From positions 8,497 to 72,496 of the IMG/VR virus record IMGVR_UViG_3300032182_000187: a stretch of DNA of 64,000 nt. One strand, 5' to 3'. Made by a program: the position numbers and the translations under genes. Positions within the stretch are counted from its first letter, which is position 1. Every line of letters starts with the position of its first letter. Source of the DNA: a virus. Under the pieces are notes generated by a model that saw nothing but the letters and a program-made list of their open reading frames with translations, did no database searches and had not been told where the DNA came from. Shown here in pieces: positions 11,501-20,500 of this stretch.

Positions 11501-12974
11501 CTGAGATGTAAGCTTGTACACCTGTAACTGTGTCAAATACTACTTCATTGACTAATGCAGTTGCACCAGTGTTAACACCTCTTAGAGATAGACCAGCGGT
11601 AAGCTGGTTTAAACCAGTGTTTGTCTGGAAGGTAACTCTCTCACGATTTGGACCAAAGATCTGGTGACCAACTGGGAAACTTAATCCAAAGTCTCCATTA
11701 GCAGATGCATCAACTTCAATTCTTTGCTTGTCATCGAAGACCATAGCAAAGTCCCACGTTGCAACAGAGTCGCCGTTGGAATCAATTTGGTCACGATAGG
11801 TAACACCGATGACATAGTTCTTGTCACCAAATTTGAAAATATGCTTTCTTGGGTTTGCTGGGCGGATGATAACCAGACGCAGGTTGTCACCAACAACCGA
11901 TGCATCGGGAGGAATGGAAATTGGGTTATCTTCTAGATAATCACCGCCAGCAACGATAATTGTTTCTTTGACGCCAGGTGTTTTCCATGCTTCCTGACAT
12001 GCTTTTTTAATTGTTCTTACAGGAGCAACAGCAGAACGACCATCGTTGTCGTCACTACCAATAGTCTGCGAAACGTAGATACGACCACCAACGTCGTTCT
12101 GTGCTAGGTTCAGAACATATTCTGTAGTTGCAATCTTGTCAGACTTATCACCCAGGAGAGGTGTGATAGATCTTGGATAGAGACCTGAGTCACCAGTCTC
12201 TTCGTAGTAAGGTTGAGTATCGTCAACAATACGGAAACCAATATGCTTCAGTTGTGCGGTTCCGTTCGCCTCAATACCATCAATGTGTGTAGGAGCAGAG
12301 GTTCCAGTAGTACCAGTTTCAATAACCTGATATACATTACCACCAAAATATCTAAAAGTATTCTTCTGAACAATAACGTTAGGTGCCCAGAGAGTACCAC
12401 TGTTGTTAATATAAGTTTTTAAGTTTGGTGCTCTAAAGTTTGCGTCTGGAGTAACGAAGTTATCGATATCCAGGTTTAGAATTCTCGCCGTGTCTGAAAT
12501 GATCGACGTAGATGTTCTAATAGCACCGTTAATGTCAAGTTCAAAGTCAACAGTATCTAGGAATGCGATACCAACAGCACCAGTACCATTACCACCACTA
12601 ATTTGTACGACTGGAGCAGTTTCGTATCCATCACCAGGATCATCAACAATAATCGCACTAACTTGACCATTGAAAATTGCCGCCGATGCCAATGCTTGAC
12701 GACCACCCTCCAAAGTTGGAGCACTAAGTTCAACTGTAGGGACTAAGGTGTACCCACTACCACCCTGTCCATCGGGAATATCAATTCTTTCAACTCTTTT
12801 ACCAGTTCTATTAATACCTACCCTAGGTAGACCTGTCTCAGCGTCTAACTGTGCTCTAAAGATCTCCCTCTCTGTTGCCCCAGTTCCAGCACGAATTACA
12901 TAAGTTTGGTCTGCGATAACCGATGGGTTGACCGCCCTTAAAATTTCCTTATCAGAATTAAACTGAAAACTCAT
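2505..12974 (-). CDS. Giant tail-fibre-like virion structural protein with beta-domain repeats and two phycobiliprotein-like domains
   Basis: 3489 aa; G-x-GY repeats, GLDADLLDG/DLDADKLD fibre motifs, YDPxTG...FTCxxDG repeats, two KCRRDI motifs, C-terminal SAGPLTI...WSVV. Confidence 0.85.
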   Translation of the reverse strand: MSFQFNSDKEILRAVNPSVIADQTYVIRAGTGATEREIFRAQLDAETGLPRVGINRTGKRVERIDIPDGQGGSGYTLVPTVELSAPTLEGGRQALASAAIFNGQVSAIIVDDPGDGYETAPVVQISGGNGTGAVGIAFLDTVDFELDINGAIRTSTSIISDTARILNLDIDNFVTPDANFRAPNLKTYINNSGTLWAPNVIVQKNTFRYFGGNVYQVIETGTTGTSAPTHIDGIEANGTAQLKHIGFRIVDDTQPYYEETGDSGLYPRSITPLLGDKSDKIATTEYVLNLAQNDVGGRIYVSQTIGSDDNDGRSAVAPVRTIKKACQEAWKTPGVKETIIVAGGDYLEDNPISIPPDASVVGDNLRLVIIRPANPRKHIFKFGDKNYVIGVTYRDQIDSNGDSVATWDFAMVFDDKQRIEVDASANGDFGLSFPVGHQIFGPNRERVTFQTNTGLNQLTAGLSLRGVNTGATALVNEVVFDTVTGVQAYISGTANIEILSGSFISGETFEYFITTPYTPTNVTYDPQTGISEFTVPNHGFANGDKIRINIESLGFTCDMDGNTNVKYYPRSSDPIANQFLTISAATTNTFELDVGDSQLVNHQVSYATYDPASGVAVLTIGTHTLTVGTSIKLRTESLGFTCSQDGYSSVHFYPRTTDPAYDTAVEILEVTSTTITINVGASGPDDQYEHAFDSALANAVISGGNYPHTFVSARANALDYLDAEYEFVSTDIQSIRAEGEVVFTNEPGEVEYPISRIDFSLQGTDEVATGGFQYGWDGAGPEDLGGIVFYTNALIGRQNVHELKEGQEILIEGLPTSGPDLSFLNGKQRIYKVLEDADGRSRRFVIPKKTSVITDSNFEPGNLAKVSSASKGVTLSLLNSPNKFDMATPVARRFQDASLQIRNNIDFIADEVVGRVNDEFKKEYFAVYDVDGTPTQQFTPTDVTYDPATGLSTFTVANHGLSVGDGVKIEEDSIVFTCAMDGNNTEHTAPQSHHYATGKAIPIESVTTNTFTLNVGASGPNQLYTPTNATYDPATGNLVLTIGTHQLDVGEGIVIDDNSLTFTCTMDGNDAAKTYPRPGHDLFSQRSIPITAISENTITVNVGASPANKYFQPTDVAYNASTGDMTVTVGQHGLQVGKHVVLEDNSFAFTCDQDGNTQVHTYPRAGQDPYSGKSIEITNVGFTSHTPTDAVYDAAAGTIQFTLASHGFADGDYIMVEDNALTYSCVLDGNTVNKSYPRTNYDYASNRYFEIDNVTQDGFRINIGGSDYTGAHTLVSIATDAIRRQTGTFTINVGDAGTASGSTHTFVSAQPGAIKFEPQSTHTFVSATAEAVKHLPQSAHTFVRAATNALSVGGDEFKLFLGPSRFVHDYVSGGTVTFGGSTYNITSFVYDNTVTGAATITTDSAIPGLANDSIVQLADILLECTVDNVVTQKTYPSFNIPVSDNKCRRDIRHFLNAVIRDLEYGSNYNVIDAAKKYIQGTQIATYIDNEIIQTVRAIEYARELAIFAMRKWRTGTGLPTDPVYTAQYTSLPKYIDPTILEDLTQPGVEHCANVKSAINVLSYLFVDVLTNDASGTKLDAGYLIARNRDFIADEALGKTEAQYPSLLLNDINQRKCRRDINYIITALIRDIILGGNAAIVTNAEEYYSGTILTGIPEAQRDETIYAFEQVRDLCILAMRNWATLGGAGAVYTPVHSPIPLFTDSSILVDQLGTPYCAGIESAITTSFTLLNDILRGDIAPGGTVKNYGTLLDTVDLYTYPDVTIYDANGTVLTPRSDFDDFPIIEASPYTQNSSIISFLGGGGALIDGSRVKQPNCPFAGLELDGSATFPNQGKSMVAAAFTIVSFGGIGYKVINDGYTQLVSVFVIFCADGVLSESGGYASITNSATNFGIFALRAIGFREEAYIFDVGTITNVSATPTGRTIFTVDGLGREPLEHYIVKIDGFENVSAEIEYFIDAVDAVTVGPPFSAQLTIDSGSGGGAEFKNIATQQAVSTTSLNGETIRLHRPSIVNSSSHTWEFAGSGTNYNSLPENGGVKVEANEQVSERYGRVYVSGTDELGDFKVGVFARIENRTGNITFTGTVTISEVEFLKLKGGDVVVTGFDASNTLGGANSTDSKLPTQKAVKDYITNNLGPYINKPYSTNAVPRALVELTDSGKISVDQIPALRPFSVFTVPDATARTSIEGALAGDIAIQQDTSTSFILNNDLDSLFVSFPVDPTLSFTLGDIFTGSQSNGQIQATEYRTGVVFQIIITDPGSGYTSPPVITITGGQPTAGNIQASATAEIANGQVVVVEIQEFNGLIGGKGYTVQPTVTFSAPSGSGTQATGSALIENRLYGDIVNRLKLTEADTINSSDLPPTVVNVTRVVNTSSFNSNNWVSLSSNQIAASDITSGVIETARLALNSNAANSFTFLRGDQSYALAVQSIKGAETRYFARLYSDASIGGQQLIFTTNSDTLLGHEVVANVVGIQENTNIDGVLTSGGLTTVSISNPLIATIPAGTIIEFERGASPITFESSYTQGTFVDNIVVAEGGSSFTDGQYFDQTLSGGTGTGLKANVIVSGGEVTELTVTDGGLNYNADFNITSLPAEIGSGVGLVLQAKISTVNKQFANVSVDVLRATNQTISADEYGTIGVSRFRKSQFEIGESGNGSITLKTGADSGLDADLLDGVQGAYYLDASNLNAGTVPTDRMSGTYNISISGQSGNTLRLVTGVTNPTSSPSPNLFSSGIIADTRNNTADGLLDGGQRHLVMTIRNFGSGFDATGGGARQLAFTDNDNMWLRGSGTTLDDWGSWGKVWTSLNDGPGTDLDADKLDNRQGIWYQNAYNMNFGELSDNRLPDFFTPKSIQDSLDILSISGNARYRIYISGAILTSSPFLPGNPINLYNNLAQSVGEIQITQIVTNDETDNFNDFTIIYGVLQSGTFDGAETIGEANNRVAFQDFTLDSTGTFQVARLESDGGTANLRLGRKDGIPSSPGIYFRSSEQAAANYNTAIIATGGNSTDSSGTLDVQVVNADGFSINGNTVWNTGNITFNTGSVANTGVIRDANGGFGAGTITLDAGAELVGSASLNVLKSGDTMSGPLTITGVLATTQALSISGRADFLSNVTIATDLSVATDVLYVDSTDRRVGIGHNNPQSLLHIITPNDGSIEGNDVWAIFEEQTSNHGRIQLGYTAGSPQIGFSDRTDDQFWAIGADDSNVGYFTVSFDGTSVPTVNSSAGSGSNAGAVRMQLNSTGTLFLGTTGTTATDYKLHVAGNIYTSTKLLINDASNNNGAPIEFKGSTGFRNFRIGNQLLADDVFDITPSDSNGGVDWGTTPAIAIKGNTRRVAINTTAFSGTDPEDNTLRNYQLNIQGDVNFNGQLFQNNAEFVTSRWTEAQNELDIFRASKVWINADPTANGFTGNPDYGLQVSGSFGINGASFTSGANTEVFYVNGDRQYIDSYGIFKTNRTIISEDVTIPSNTNAVSAGPLTINNNVTITISAGSAWSVV

Positions 12975-13009
12975 TTCTCTCTCGCTGATGGTGGGATAAT
13001 CCTATAGTA

Positions 13010-13016
13010 TATTTAG
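13010..13016 (-). promoter_or_regulatory. T4-type late promoter variant (CTAAATA)
   Basis: TATTTAG on + strand, 35 nt upstream of the 3489-aa gene start; resembles the gp55 late consensus TATAAATA. Confidence 0.6.
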
Positions 13017-13018
13017 CA

Positions 13019-13528
13019 TCAAGTCCAATCAATACTAATGACTTGTGCCACTGCTACCCACTTAATTTCGTTGGTAGTACCCGCTCTAACTGTTGAATAA
13101 CTAAACTTATTTGCACTACCACTATCGAAAGGAACGCATGTCCATTCTTGACCTGATGGAATACTATCTTTGATAATAGTTTCCATTGTGGAAAGTGTTT
13201 GTACCTGACCCGCAGCATCATTAGTTACAACAGACTCAAATTTCTTTGAGATGTTTCCACCACCGCTATCATTGACGCCAATAATATGCGCTGTAATAAA
13301 ATTAATTGTATTATTAGGTAAGGTGATTTGAGAACCAACATTATCCAAGGAGAGAACAGCGGTGTTCAATCCTCTAAGAATAAACGTGGTTGCCGAACTA
13401 TCGGTAAATGTTTGATTCTTTAATTCTAGACTATTTAGATTCTGGGCATCGTTGAGTTCGTTAACAATAGTAGTATTGCTAACTGAAAAACCATGTACAG
13501 AATCAAAAGTTGAAATGTTTGTTGCCAT
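13019..13528 (-). CDS. Virion structural protein
   Basis: 169 aa, beta-rich (FDSVHGFSV N-terminus); tightly packed between structural genes. Confidence 0.7.
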   Translation of the reverse strand: MATNISTFDSVHGFSVSNTTIVNELNDAQNLNSLELKNQTFTDSSATTFILRGLNTAVLSLDNVGSQITLPNNTINFITAHIIGVNDSGGGNISKKFESVVTNDAAGQVQTLSTMETIIKDSIPSGQEWTCVPFDSGSANKFSYSTVRAGTTNEIKWVAVAQVISIDWT

Positions 13529-13529
13529 C

Positions 13530-16500
13530 TTACTTATTTACATAACTGGTGATTGTTACATTACAAGAGTTTCCAAGATTTAGATCTGGATGTAGAGATA
13601 CGTTAACTCTAACATTGTTTAATGCATTATAATCAAAAGTTGCAGTGAACAAATCAATTCCAGTCTTGATGTTACCGTAATCAGTATATACAATATCTGT
13701 ACCATTATCTATAACAGAAAGTTCAAGTTGTTCTTTCTGGTTTAGAGTAGTATTTTCGACTGTAATTAAAATTCTTGCTCCTTTATCTGTAGTTTTATAA
13801 ACTTCAGTACCAAAAGTATCATTTGTTCCTTTTACCAAAGTAGAAACAGCAGATTTGATTCTAACATCAGCAAACTCAACTGTTCTCAAATCTCCACTAA
13901 CCATGGTCAAGAAATCTGGAACTCCACCACCATTTGGGAAGTTAACATTGTATTTAATATCACCTGTATCAGATAGTCTCAAGAACTTGTCAATGGTAAG
14001 ACCTTGCGACATACCAATGTCAAAGTGCTCTCTGGTGGTATAGAGATAAGTCTGAGTAGTATCACTATGCTCTAGAACCAGAGCACCATTCTCGAATGTC
14101 AGACTTTCAATATTAACATTCAGATTATCTGTTGTGGAGGAGAATACATCTTCAATACCATCAAAGATAAATTCATTCTCAGTAACTCTAACAGTGTTTA
14201 CACCGTTGTTGTAGAAAAACAAAGTGTTCTCGTTTTCGCCAGGAGCAGTTTCTGGGATGATGTACGTGTTACCATCAACGTCACGAACACCACCAAGAGA
14301 AGACCAGTTGTTTCCATCATAACCTTCATATTGAAGGATGTCTGTGTTAAATCTAATCGAACCAGTTACTGCAGCACCTCTTTGGTTGTTATCTCCAACA
14401 GGAATTTTTAAAGAACTTGCTGCATCAATAGAAACTTTCTTACCAGAGTTTGGTCTAATAATTAAGTCATTGATGTCTGTAGAAATTACATTTCCAAGGA
14501 AACGAAGTTCTCCACTAACAACGAGTGGAGTATCTCCAAATGGGTCAATACGAACTTCAGAAATTTCTTGGAATGTTAGAGCATCTACAGCAGTAGCAAT
14601 CCACTGTAGAGTTGCAGTACCATTGATAAATGGATCTCCGCTAGTATCGGTTGGTTCGTTACCAGATGTTGCGGTAACACCAGCACCGACAACCTCATAG
14701 ATGTTGTTTCTGTACTTGAGTTTTGTGGTGGGTGTAGTAACCGTTACAGGAATATTTGCAAACCACTCTGTATATGTTGGTGCGGTGGTGTTTGCAGATC
14801 TAATCTTCTTAGTGTTTCTAAAGTCTAAGAAGTTTCTTGTTACCTGTAATGTATTAACGTTATCGTTGTAGAAGTACAAAGTATTGTCATTTGCACCTGG
14901 GAATGCTTCTGCATCGATGTATGTGTTGCCGTCAAGGTCTCTAACACCGCCCAGAGAGGACCAGGAAGACGTTGTTTCGCTGTATCCTTCATATTGGTTC
15001 GTTTCGGTGTTAAAGCGGATTGCACCGTCTTGTACCTGCCCCACAAGAGGTCTTGCAGACGTATCACCTTTGGGGATAACCAGTGCTGTCGCAGAATCAA
15101 TTTTAGTAATCTTTCCAGCAGCAGGAGCAATAAAGATACTATGGTTTGTAGTAGCAGAAATAGTATCATTAACAATGCTCAGAACATCATTGACATTAAT
15201 TTTGTTGGTAGTCTTGATAATACCATTAGTATTGAGAGTACCAGTGTCTCCATTGACTGTAAAATTATCACCAAGCGATAATGATGTGCCAGTAAAGATA
15301 ATCTCTCCACCCAAAGCAGTAATGGAGGTCAGGGTTGTTTTGTCTGCGTTCAATTCTAACGCAACTTCTGGTGTTACGGTTCTTGTGAATTCTCCCTCGT
15401 CTCCAGTGATATCTGTTGTTGTGATAGTTTCTACGTTTACATCAGTACCTGTGATAGAAGAAACATTGAAAGAACCATCAGCAACAGCACCTGTAATAAT
15501 ATCAAGTTCTTGTACTTCAAATGCTAAAATTTCAAATCCCGAACCAAAAGTCTTGGGGTTATTGAAATCAATAGTAATTGAACTAGTACCAGACATACCT
15601 GGATGGACGCCACAATAATAATACATAGTGGCTGGAGTAGTATCTGAAGGAGTGAATACTACATAATCGTCTGCATAAGTAACTTCAGCGCCATCATATT
15701 GAACACCAGCAAATACAGCAACAGCAGCACCAGGACTAGATGGAAATTCTGTTAACGTAATTGTATTGCCGTTAATTGCTTCAACAAAAGTATTCTCTGC
15801 AAATTCTCCAGGTTCAGTCTCATTATTTGTAGTAACAGCCATGCCAACTTGAATCGAGGAGGCATCAGTTACCGTAATATCTTTAGAATCAGTAGCAACA
15901 GTTACAGTCTCGGAATATTGATTGTGGATACCATCTTGGAAAATACTAAATCTGAATGGGTGACTACCAACATTCTGGACATCAAATCTATACCTATTGT
16001 TTACAAATAAAGTTAAACTTGGGAAATTTTGAACATTGCTACCATCTTCAGAATCATCTAAAGTGTATCTATTGACATCTTCTACTGATGCTACACTATG
16101 AGTTGAATTACCAGTAACATTATACCCAACATCTGCACTACCATCTGCCCAAGCAACTACAATACTTGCAATACTGCTGCCACTAAGATTAACTTCTAAT
16201 ACTTCACCAGTCGAAGTAAGACCTTCACTATCAGACGGGTCAACCGTAGTAACAGTTTGTCCTGGTGAATATGCACTATTGGGAACAGTGCCAGTGAATG
16301 TAATTAATTGACCCGAAACCGTACCTACAATATAGTCAATAGGTTGTGTTAAATCAAAAGGATTTACTGTTAATACGTCTCCATCGGCGTAACCATTACC
16401 AGGGTTATTAACTGCAATTGCAGTAACAACACCAACTTTATCAATAGTATAAGCGTAACCACTGCCAGCATCTCCCCAAGGAACTGTTAAAGTTAATACT

Positions 16501-17357
16501 ATTGTTCCAGTAGTAGAAGCACTAGTGTTTAGTGTAATTGAATTATTTTCAGAATCGACTCCACTAACAACAATATCCAGAGGATTATTCTCAGGATCTA
16601 AAGGTGTAGTAAGAGCTCCAGTGCCGCCAGTTTGGGTGACGATCATACCTTCAATAATACCAGCAACACTAGAAATTCCAGTTACGGTATTTTGGTCCTG
16701 AGTTACAGAACCACTAACATTAGATACTGATGTTGGTAGAGTTAAGACATCTCCTACTTGGTAACCTTCTCCATAAACCTCGATATTTGTAGTACCAAAT
16801 CCACCGTTAATAAACAGAATACTAACAAGGTTACCTGTACCATTACCACCTTGTAGGGGAATATTACTATATTCTGTACCACCCTCTGGACCAACATAGA
16901 CATAGTTTTGTCCAGGGGTAGTAGTACCACTATACTCAGAAACTGTGATATTATACGATCCACTTTCACCAGTACCACCAAAGACAGAAATATCTTCGTA
17001 ACCACCTACATCATAATTTTGACCCGATGCCTGAATTTCACTACCTTCAGTAAACAGAGTTGCTTTTCTAATAATAAAGTCTCTATAGTATACAGAACCA
17101 GAATTACTGTATTCAAAAATTCTTTTAGTTGCACTAACAAATGTTGCAGTATTCTGCTCAGATTTATATAAACCTAATTGTAAATCTGAAGTAAATGCTA
17201 GAGAAGGTTCATTCTTTGTACCATCACCTAACTTCAGATTTCCTGTGGCGAGATCACTACCACCAGCAGCAAATGCGAAGACGTTCTCTGCTATCGTATT
17301 GATTTTTTGCCTTTGAATTTCAAAGGTATCTGTTTTTGCTACATTAATTGCTGGCAT
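13530..17357 (-). CDS. Large virion structural protein with cupredoxin-like motif
   Basis: 1275 aa; N-terminal MPAINVAKTDTFEIQRQKIN; duplicated GxIRFNT...YEGY...WSSLGGVRDxDGNTYI modules; YYYCGVHPGM motif. Confidence 0.8.
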   Translation of the reverse strand: MPAINVAKTDTFEIQRQKINTIAENVFAFAAGGSDLATGNLKLGDGTKNEPSLAFTSDLQLGLYKSEQNTATFVSATKRIFEYSNSGSVYYRDFIIRKATLFTEGSEIQASGQNYDVGGYEDISVFGGTGESGSYNITVSEYSGTTTPGQNYVYVGPEGGTEYSNIPLQGGNGTGNLVSILFINGGFGTTNIEVYGEGYQVGDVLTLPTSVSNVSGSVTQDQNTVTGISSVAGIIEGMIVTQTGGTGALTTPLDPENNPLDIVVSGVDSENNSITLNTSASTTGTIVLTLTVPWGDAGSGYAYTIDKVGVVTAIAVNNPGNGYADGDVLTVNPFDLTQPIDYIVGTVSGQLITFTGTVPNSAYSPGQTVTTVDPSDSEGLTSTGEVLEVNLSGSSIASIVVAWADGSADVGYNVTGNSTHSVASVEDVNRYTLDDSEDGSNVQNFPSLTLFVNNRYRFDVQNVGSHPFRFSIFQDGIHNQYSETVTVATDSKDITVTDASSIQVGMAVTTNNETEPGEFAENTFVEAINGNTITLTEFPSSPGAAVAVFAGVQYDGAEVTYADDYVVFTPSDTTPATMYYYCGVHPGMSGTSSITIDFNNPKTFGSGFEILAFEVQELDIITGAVADGSFNVSSITGTDVNVETITTTDITGDEGEFTRTVTPEVALELNADKTTLTSITALGGEIIFTGTSLSLGDNFTVNGDTGTLNTNGIIKTTNKINVNDVLSIVNDTISATTNHSIFIAPAAGKITKIDSATALVIPKGDTSARPLVGQVQDGAIRFNTETNQYEGYSETTSSWSSLGGVRDLDGNTYIDAEAFPGANDNTLYFYNDNVNTLQVTRNFLDFRNTKKIRSANTTAPTYTEWFANIPVTVTTPTTKLKYRNNIYEVVGAGVTATSGNEPTDTSGDPFINGTATLQWIATAVDALTFQEISEVRIDPFGDTPLVVSGELRFLGNVISTDINDLIIRPNSGKKVSIDAASSLKIPVGDNNQRGAAVTGSIRFNTDILQYEGYDGNNWSSLGGVRDVDGNTYIIPETAPGENENTLFFYNNGVNTVRVTENEFIFDGIEDVFSSTTDNLNVNIESLTFENGALVLEHSDTTQTYLYTTREHFDIGMSQGLTIDKFLRLSDTGDIKYNVNFPNGGGVPDFLTMVSGDLRTVEFADVRIKSAVSTLVKGTNDTFGTEVYKTTDKGARILITVENTTLNQKEQLELSVIDNGTDIVYTDYGNIKTGIDLFTATFDYNALNNVRVNVSLHPDLNLGNSCNVTITSYVNK

Positions 17358-17541
17358 CTCTTACGATCTCTCTAAGAAGTTGTTTGATTTCAGATAGTTC
17401 TTCCTTCAATGTATTTATGTCATGTTTCATACTATGAAACTCAGATGAGACTCTCCTACTAGAGATTTTATCTTTGTTGATAATTGCTCCAGTAGAAGAG
17501 TCTCTAACTAGGTTTGGATGACCTTCAACTTGTATGTACAT
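17344..17541 (-). CDS. Conserved small baseplate-region protein
   Basis: 65 aa; VEGHPNLVRDSSTGAIIN followed by a coiled coil; overlaps both neighbours. Confidence 0.75.
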   Translation of the reverse strand: MYIQVEGHPNLVRDSSTGAIINKDKISSRRVSSEFHSMKHDINTLKEELSEIKQLLREIVRDASN

Positions 17542-20500
17542 CAGTAGGAAGCGACTACACGCAGATCTTGAATTTTAGGTGCGTACGCTGGGTCGGAAGA
17601 TTTCATAACTACTTTAATAGCAAATGAAGTGAACTCGGAAACATCCTGAACACTAAATTCATATTCCTGATAAGAAGACTGATCTTCAGCAACTGCGGAG
17701 ATAGAATTTTCTGCAGTTGCTAGATCATCATTGTCAGACAATCCATTACCATTGAAGTATGTCCAATTAATGTCTTCAAAGTTGAGTTGAGCAGAAGACT
17801 CCTTAGTCTTAAACAAGACTTGGATATTTTCTCTTTCTTTAACATTTACAGTCATCTTGACATTAATAGAAGTTCCTGGTTCATTGATTGAAACTTCTTT
17901 TGTTACATACTTAGCAAGAGAAGAACTATTTCTAGAGTCTGTTTCTGAAGTAAAGTCAACACCATTTTCAAATGACATTCCATTTACAGTTACATAATAA
18001 TCATCTTGAGACTTAATAATGTCACCAACTCTAAAGATATCAGACGCTTGGTTTTCTTGCGTTCTTACAAAAGGACTATCTTTAAGAATAGCTCCTTCGT
18101 AATTATTGTTGATAGGAGCATATGGATTTTCAACAATCAACTCCTTATCATCAGCATCCCAAGAAATTACTGTGCCATCAATAATATTGGCATAGTTAAA
18201 ATTAAAGTTGGATGGGAAGTATCCAAATACATTAGTTCCTTCTGTGAAATTAAATTTCTGTTCGGAGATAGTATTAGCAGATAGAGCAATTCCAGATAAC
18301 GCAATGCCATCTGCACTCTTAGTAACTAGACTTTCGCCAACCTTGAATACTACAGAAGAAGACAATGCAACTAAACAAATGTTGCTGTCATATGATAGCA
18401 ATGTTCCAGTTGCTTTTGAAGTGACTCCTTCAATCTGTACTCCAGGAACTAGAACACTAGTATCAGCATTTGATGGAATAATACTTACACCCAAATTGTA
18501 TAGAGGACTGAATGACAGTTTCTGATACTTCTTGCCAAATCTCTTCTCCTGACCTGTAGAGTTGTCAATTCTATTAGTAGAAGTTTTAACTGAAGCAATA
18601 TTCAGATCAATTACTGGAGACAGGTAAGAAACATTAGAAGTCATGTTAACTTTATAAGTCAACGATCTGTCAATAGCATTCAAAGTAGAATTAATTCTAG
18701 ATGCAATAATTTTTTGATTAGTAAAATAATGCTCTTGGTTTAAGAAAGTCCTCTCATATGCAGATTGTGTATACGAAGGGAAGTTAACAGAATTAGAATC
18801 TAAAGCAGTGATATTGGTAGTTTCTACCTCGGTATCAATAGTAGTTCCTTCTAATTGTAAGTAAGAAATTTGGGCATAAAGTTTTTCATATTTTCTGTTA
18901 TATGTTGCAAATACAGAATCGCCACCACCAAACAAACTAGATCCTGCTCTAGTTGGCATTTCAATAACATAAGAATCAAGACCAGAGTTTTTGACATCAA
19001 ATAGTTTTGCATTCAATACAGTAGAAGAGATACCGCCAACGTCTTCAGATCCTCTAAAGTATACAGAAGACATACCAGCATCTTCAAAACCATGATCTCT
19101 GTGGTAAACTTTTACTAATGTATTATTGTTCTTGAACAAATCAGAAGTTGCATTGGAACTAGATCTTACACTAGTTTCAAATGGAGCCGAAGCAAGTTTT
19201 TCATAACCAAGATCTTCAGTAGTGAGGAGAAGATTTGCTTTAACACTAGTATCAAATTCTGCTCTGTAAAGAGTAAACTTGATATCTTCAAACAGATCTT
19301 CTGTCCAATTGTCAATATTCTGAGACTTGTAAACAGAACCAAGTAATGGTTGGGAGTTGACAGTGGTGCTTGTGGCAACCTCGGTTTCACCGAGTCTAGA
19401 TACCCAGAGATCATATTCGATAGAATCAGTCTCTACAACTAGAGCATACTCAGTGTCATTCTGTAGATATACAGGATGCTCGAAATCAAAGTGGGTTGGA
19501 ATCGTAGATGGGGTATCTGCGTTTGCATCAGTTGCAACACCCATTCTTACTGCAGGGGTGTCGATCTCGATTTTAGACGTAATGACAGCATCACCAGCAC
19601 CCAGACCTACACCTTTAATAACAACTGAAGGTGCCTCGGTATAACCACGTCCAGAAAGGACTAATTCGGAAGCATAGATCTTGCCTTCCGAAACGAACAC
19701 GTTACCAGTTGCAGTAGATCCACCTGGAAGTTGTGGACTTTCAATAGTGACAGCAGCAGTTTCATAATTAGAACCAACCTGCTCTACTTTGAGGTCTACC
19801 AATTTACCAGAGTCTTTGGCAATATTAATAATAACTTCTTTATTTCTGGTGTTATTAAATTCAGTTACTGAAGGAATAATAAGTTGCTCGTTAGGAACAA
19901 ATGAGATGCCATTATGGTTTTCTAGAACAAGAGTGTAAACTTGCTCTTTGTTTAGTTGCAACTGAATTGAGTTTTCATCACCAACTTGGATGTTGTTTTT
20001 ATCAAATACCCTTAGGATAGGACCAGATGCATTAGTAGAAGATCCTTTTACAAACTCTCCCTTCTTAACAGAAATGGTATCATTATCACCAGTAACAAAG
20101 ATCTTTAGATATGTCTCAGGATACTTAATGGAAGTAGAACCTGGGATTACATGCTTGCCTGGTTTTCCAGTGTCAATATTTGTTAGGTAGGTTTTGATGG
20201 GAATAGAAGTATCTTTATTCTGGAAGAATAAATCAACGCCCGTTACAAAACAACCACCACTAAAGTTCTCAACCTTAAAGGTTTGTGCAAGTGGATTTGG
20301 TTTAACTTCTTGATCTGTATTGCTATTTACAGACTGAACACCTTCATTTGCTTTGAAATAAGCAGCAGATGTAGAAATAATTGAAGAAGGATTCTCTGGA
20401 AGGATACCAGTAGAATAGAAAATCACGTCTGCATAAGAATTTGATGTAGACTTGTTAGAGTAATCTACTGCATCTGTGAACGTAATAGTCTTTTCACCAG

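Noticed and set aside
14884-15618. 244-aa plus-strand ORF, and the many other plus-strand ORFs in the track
   Set aside because: These are antisense shadows of long minus-strand genes with biased codon use and show no recognisable motifs.
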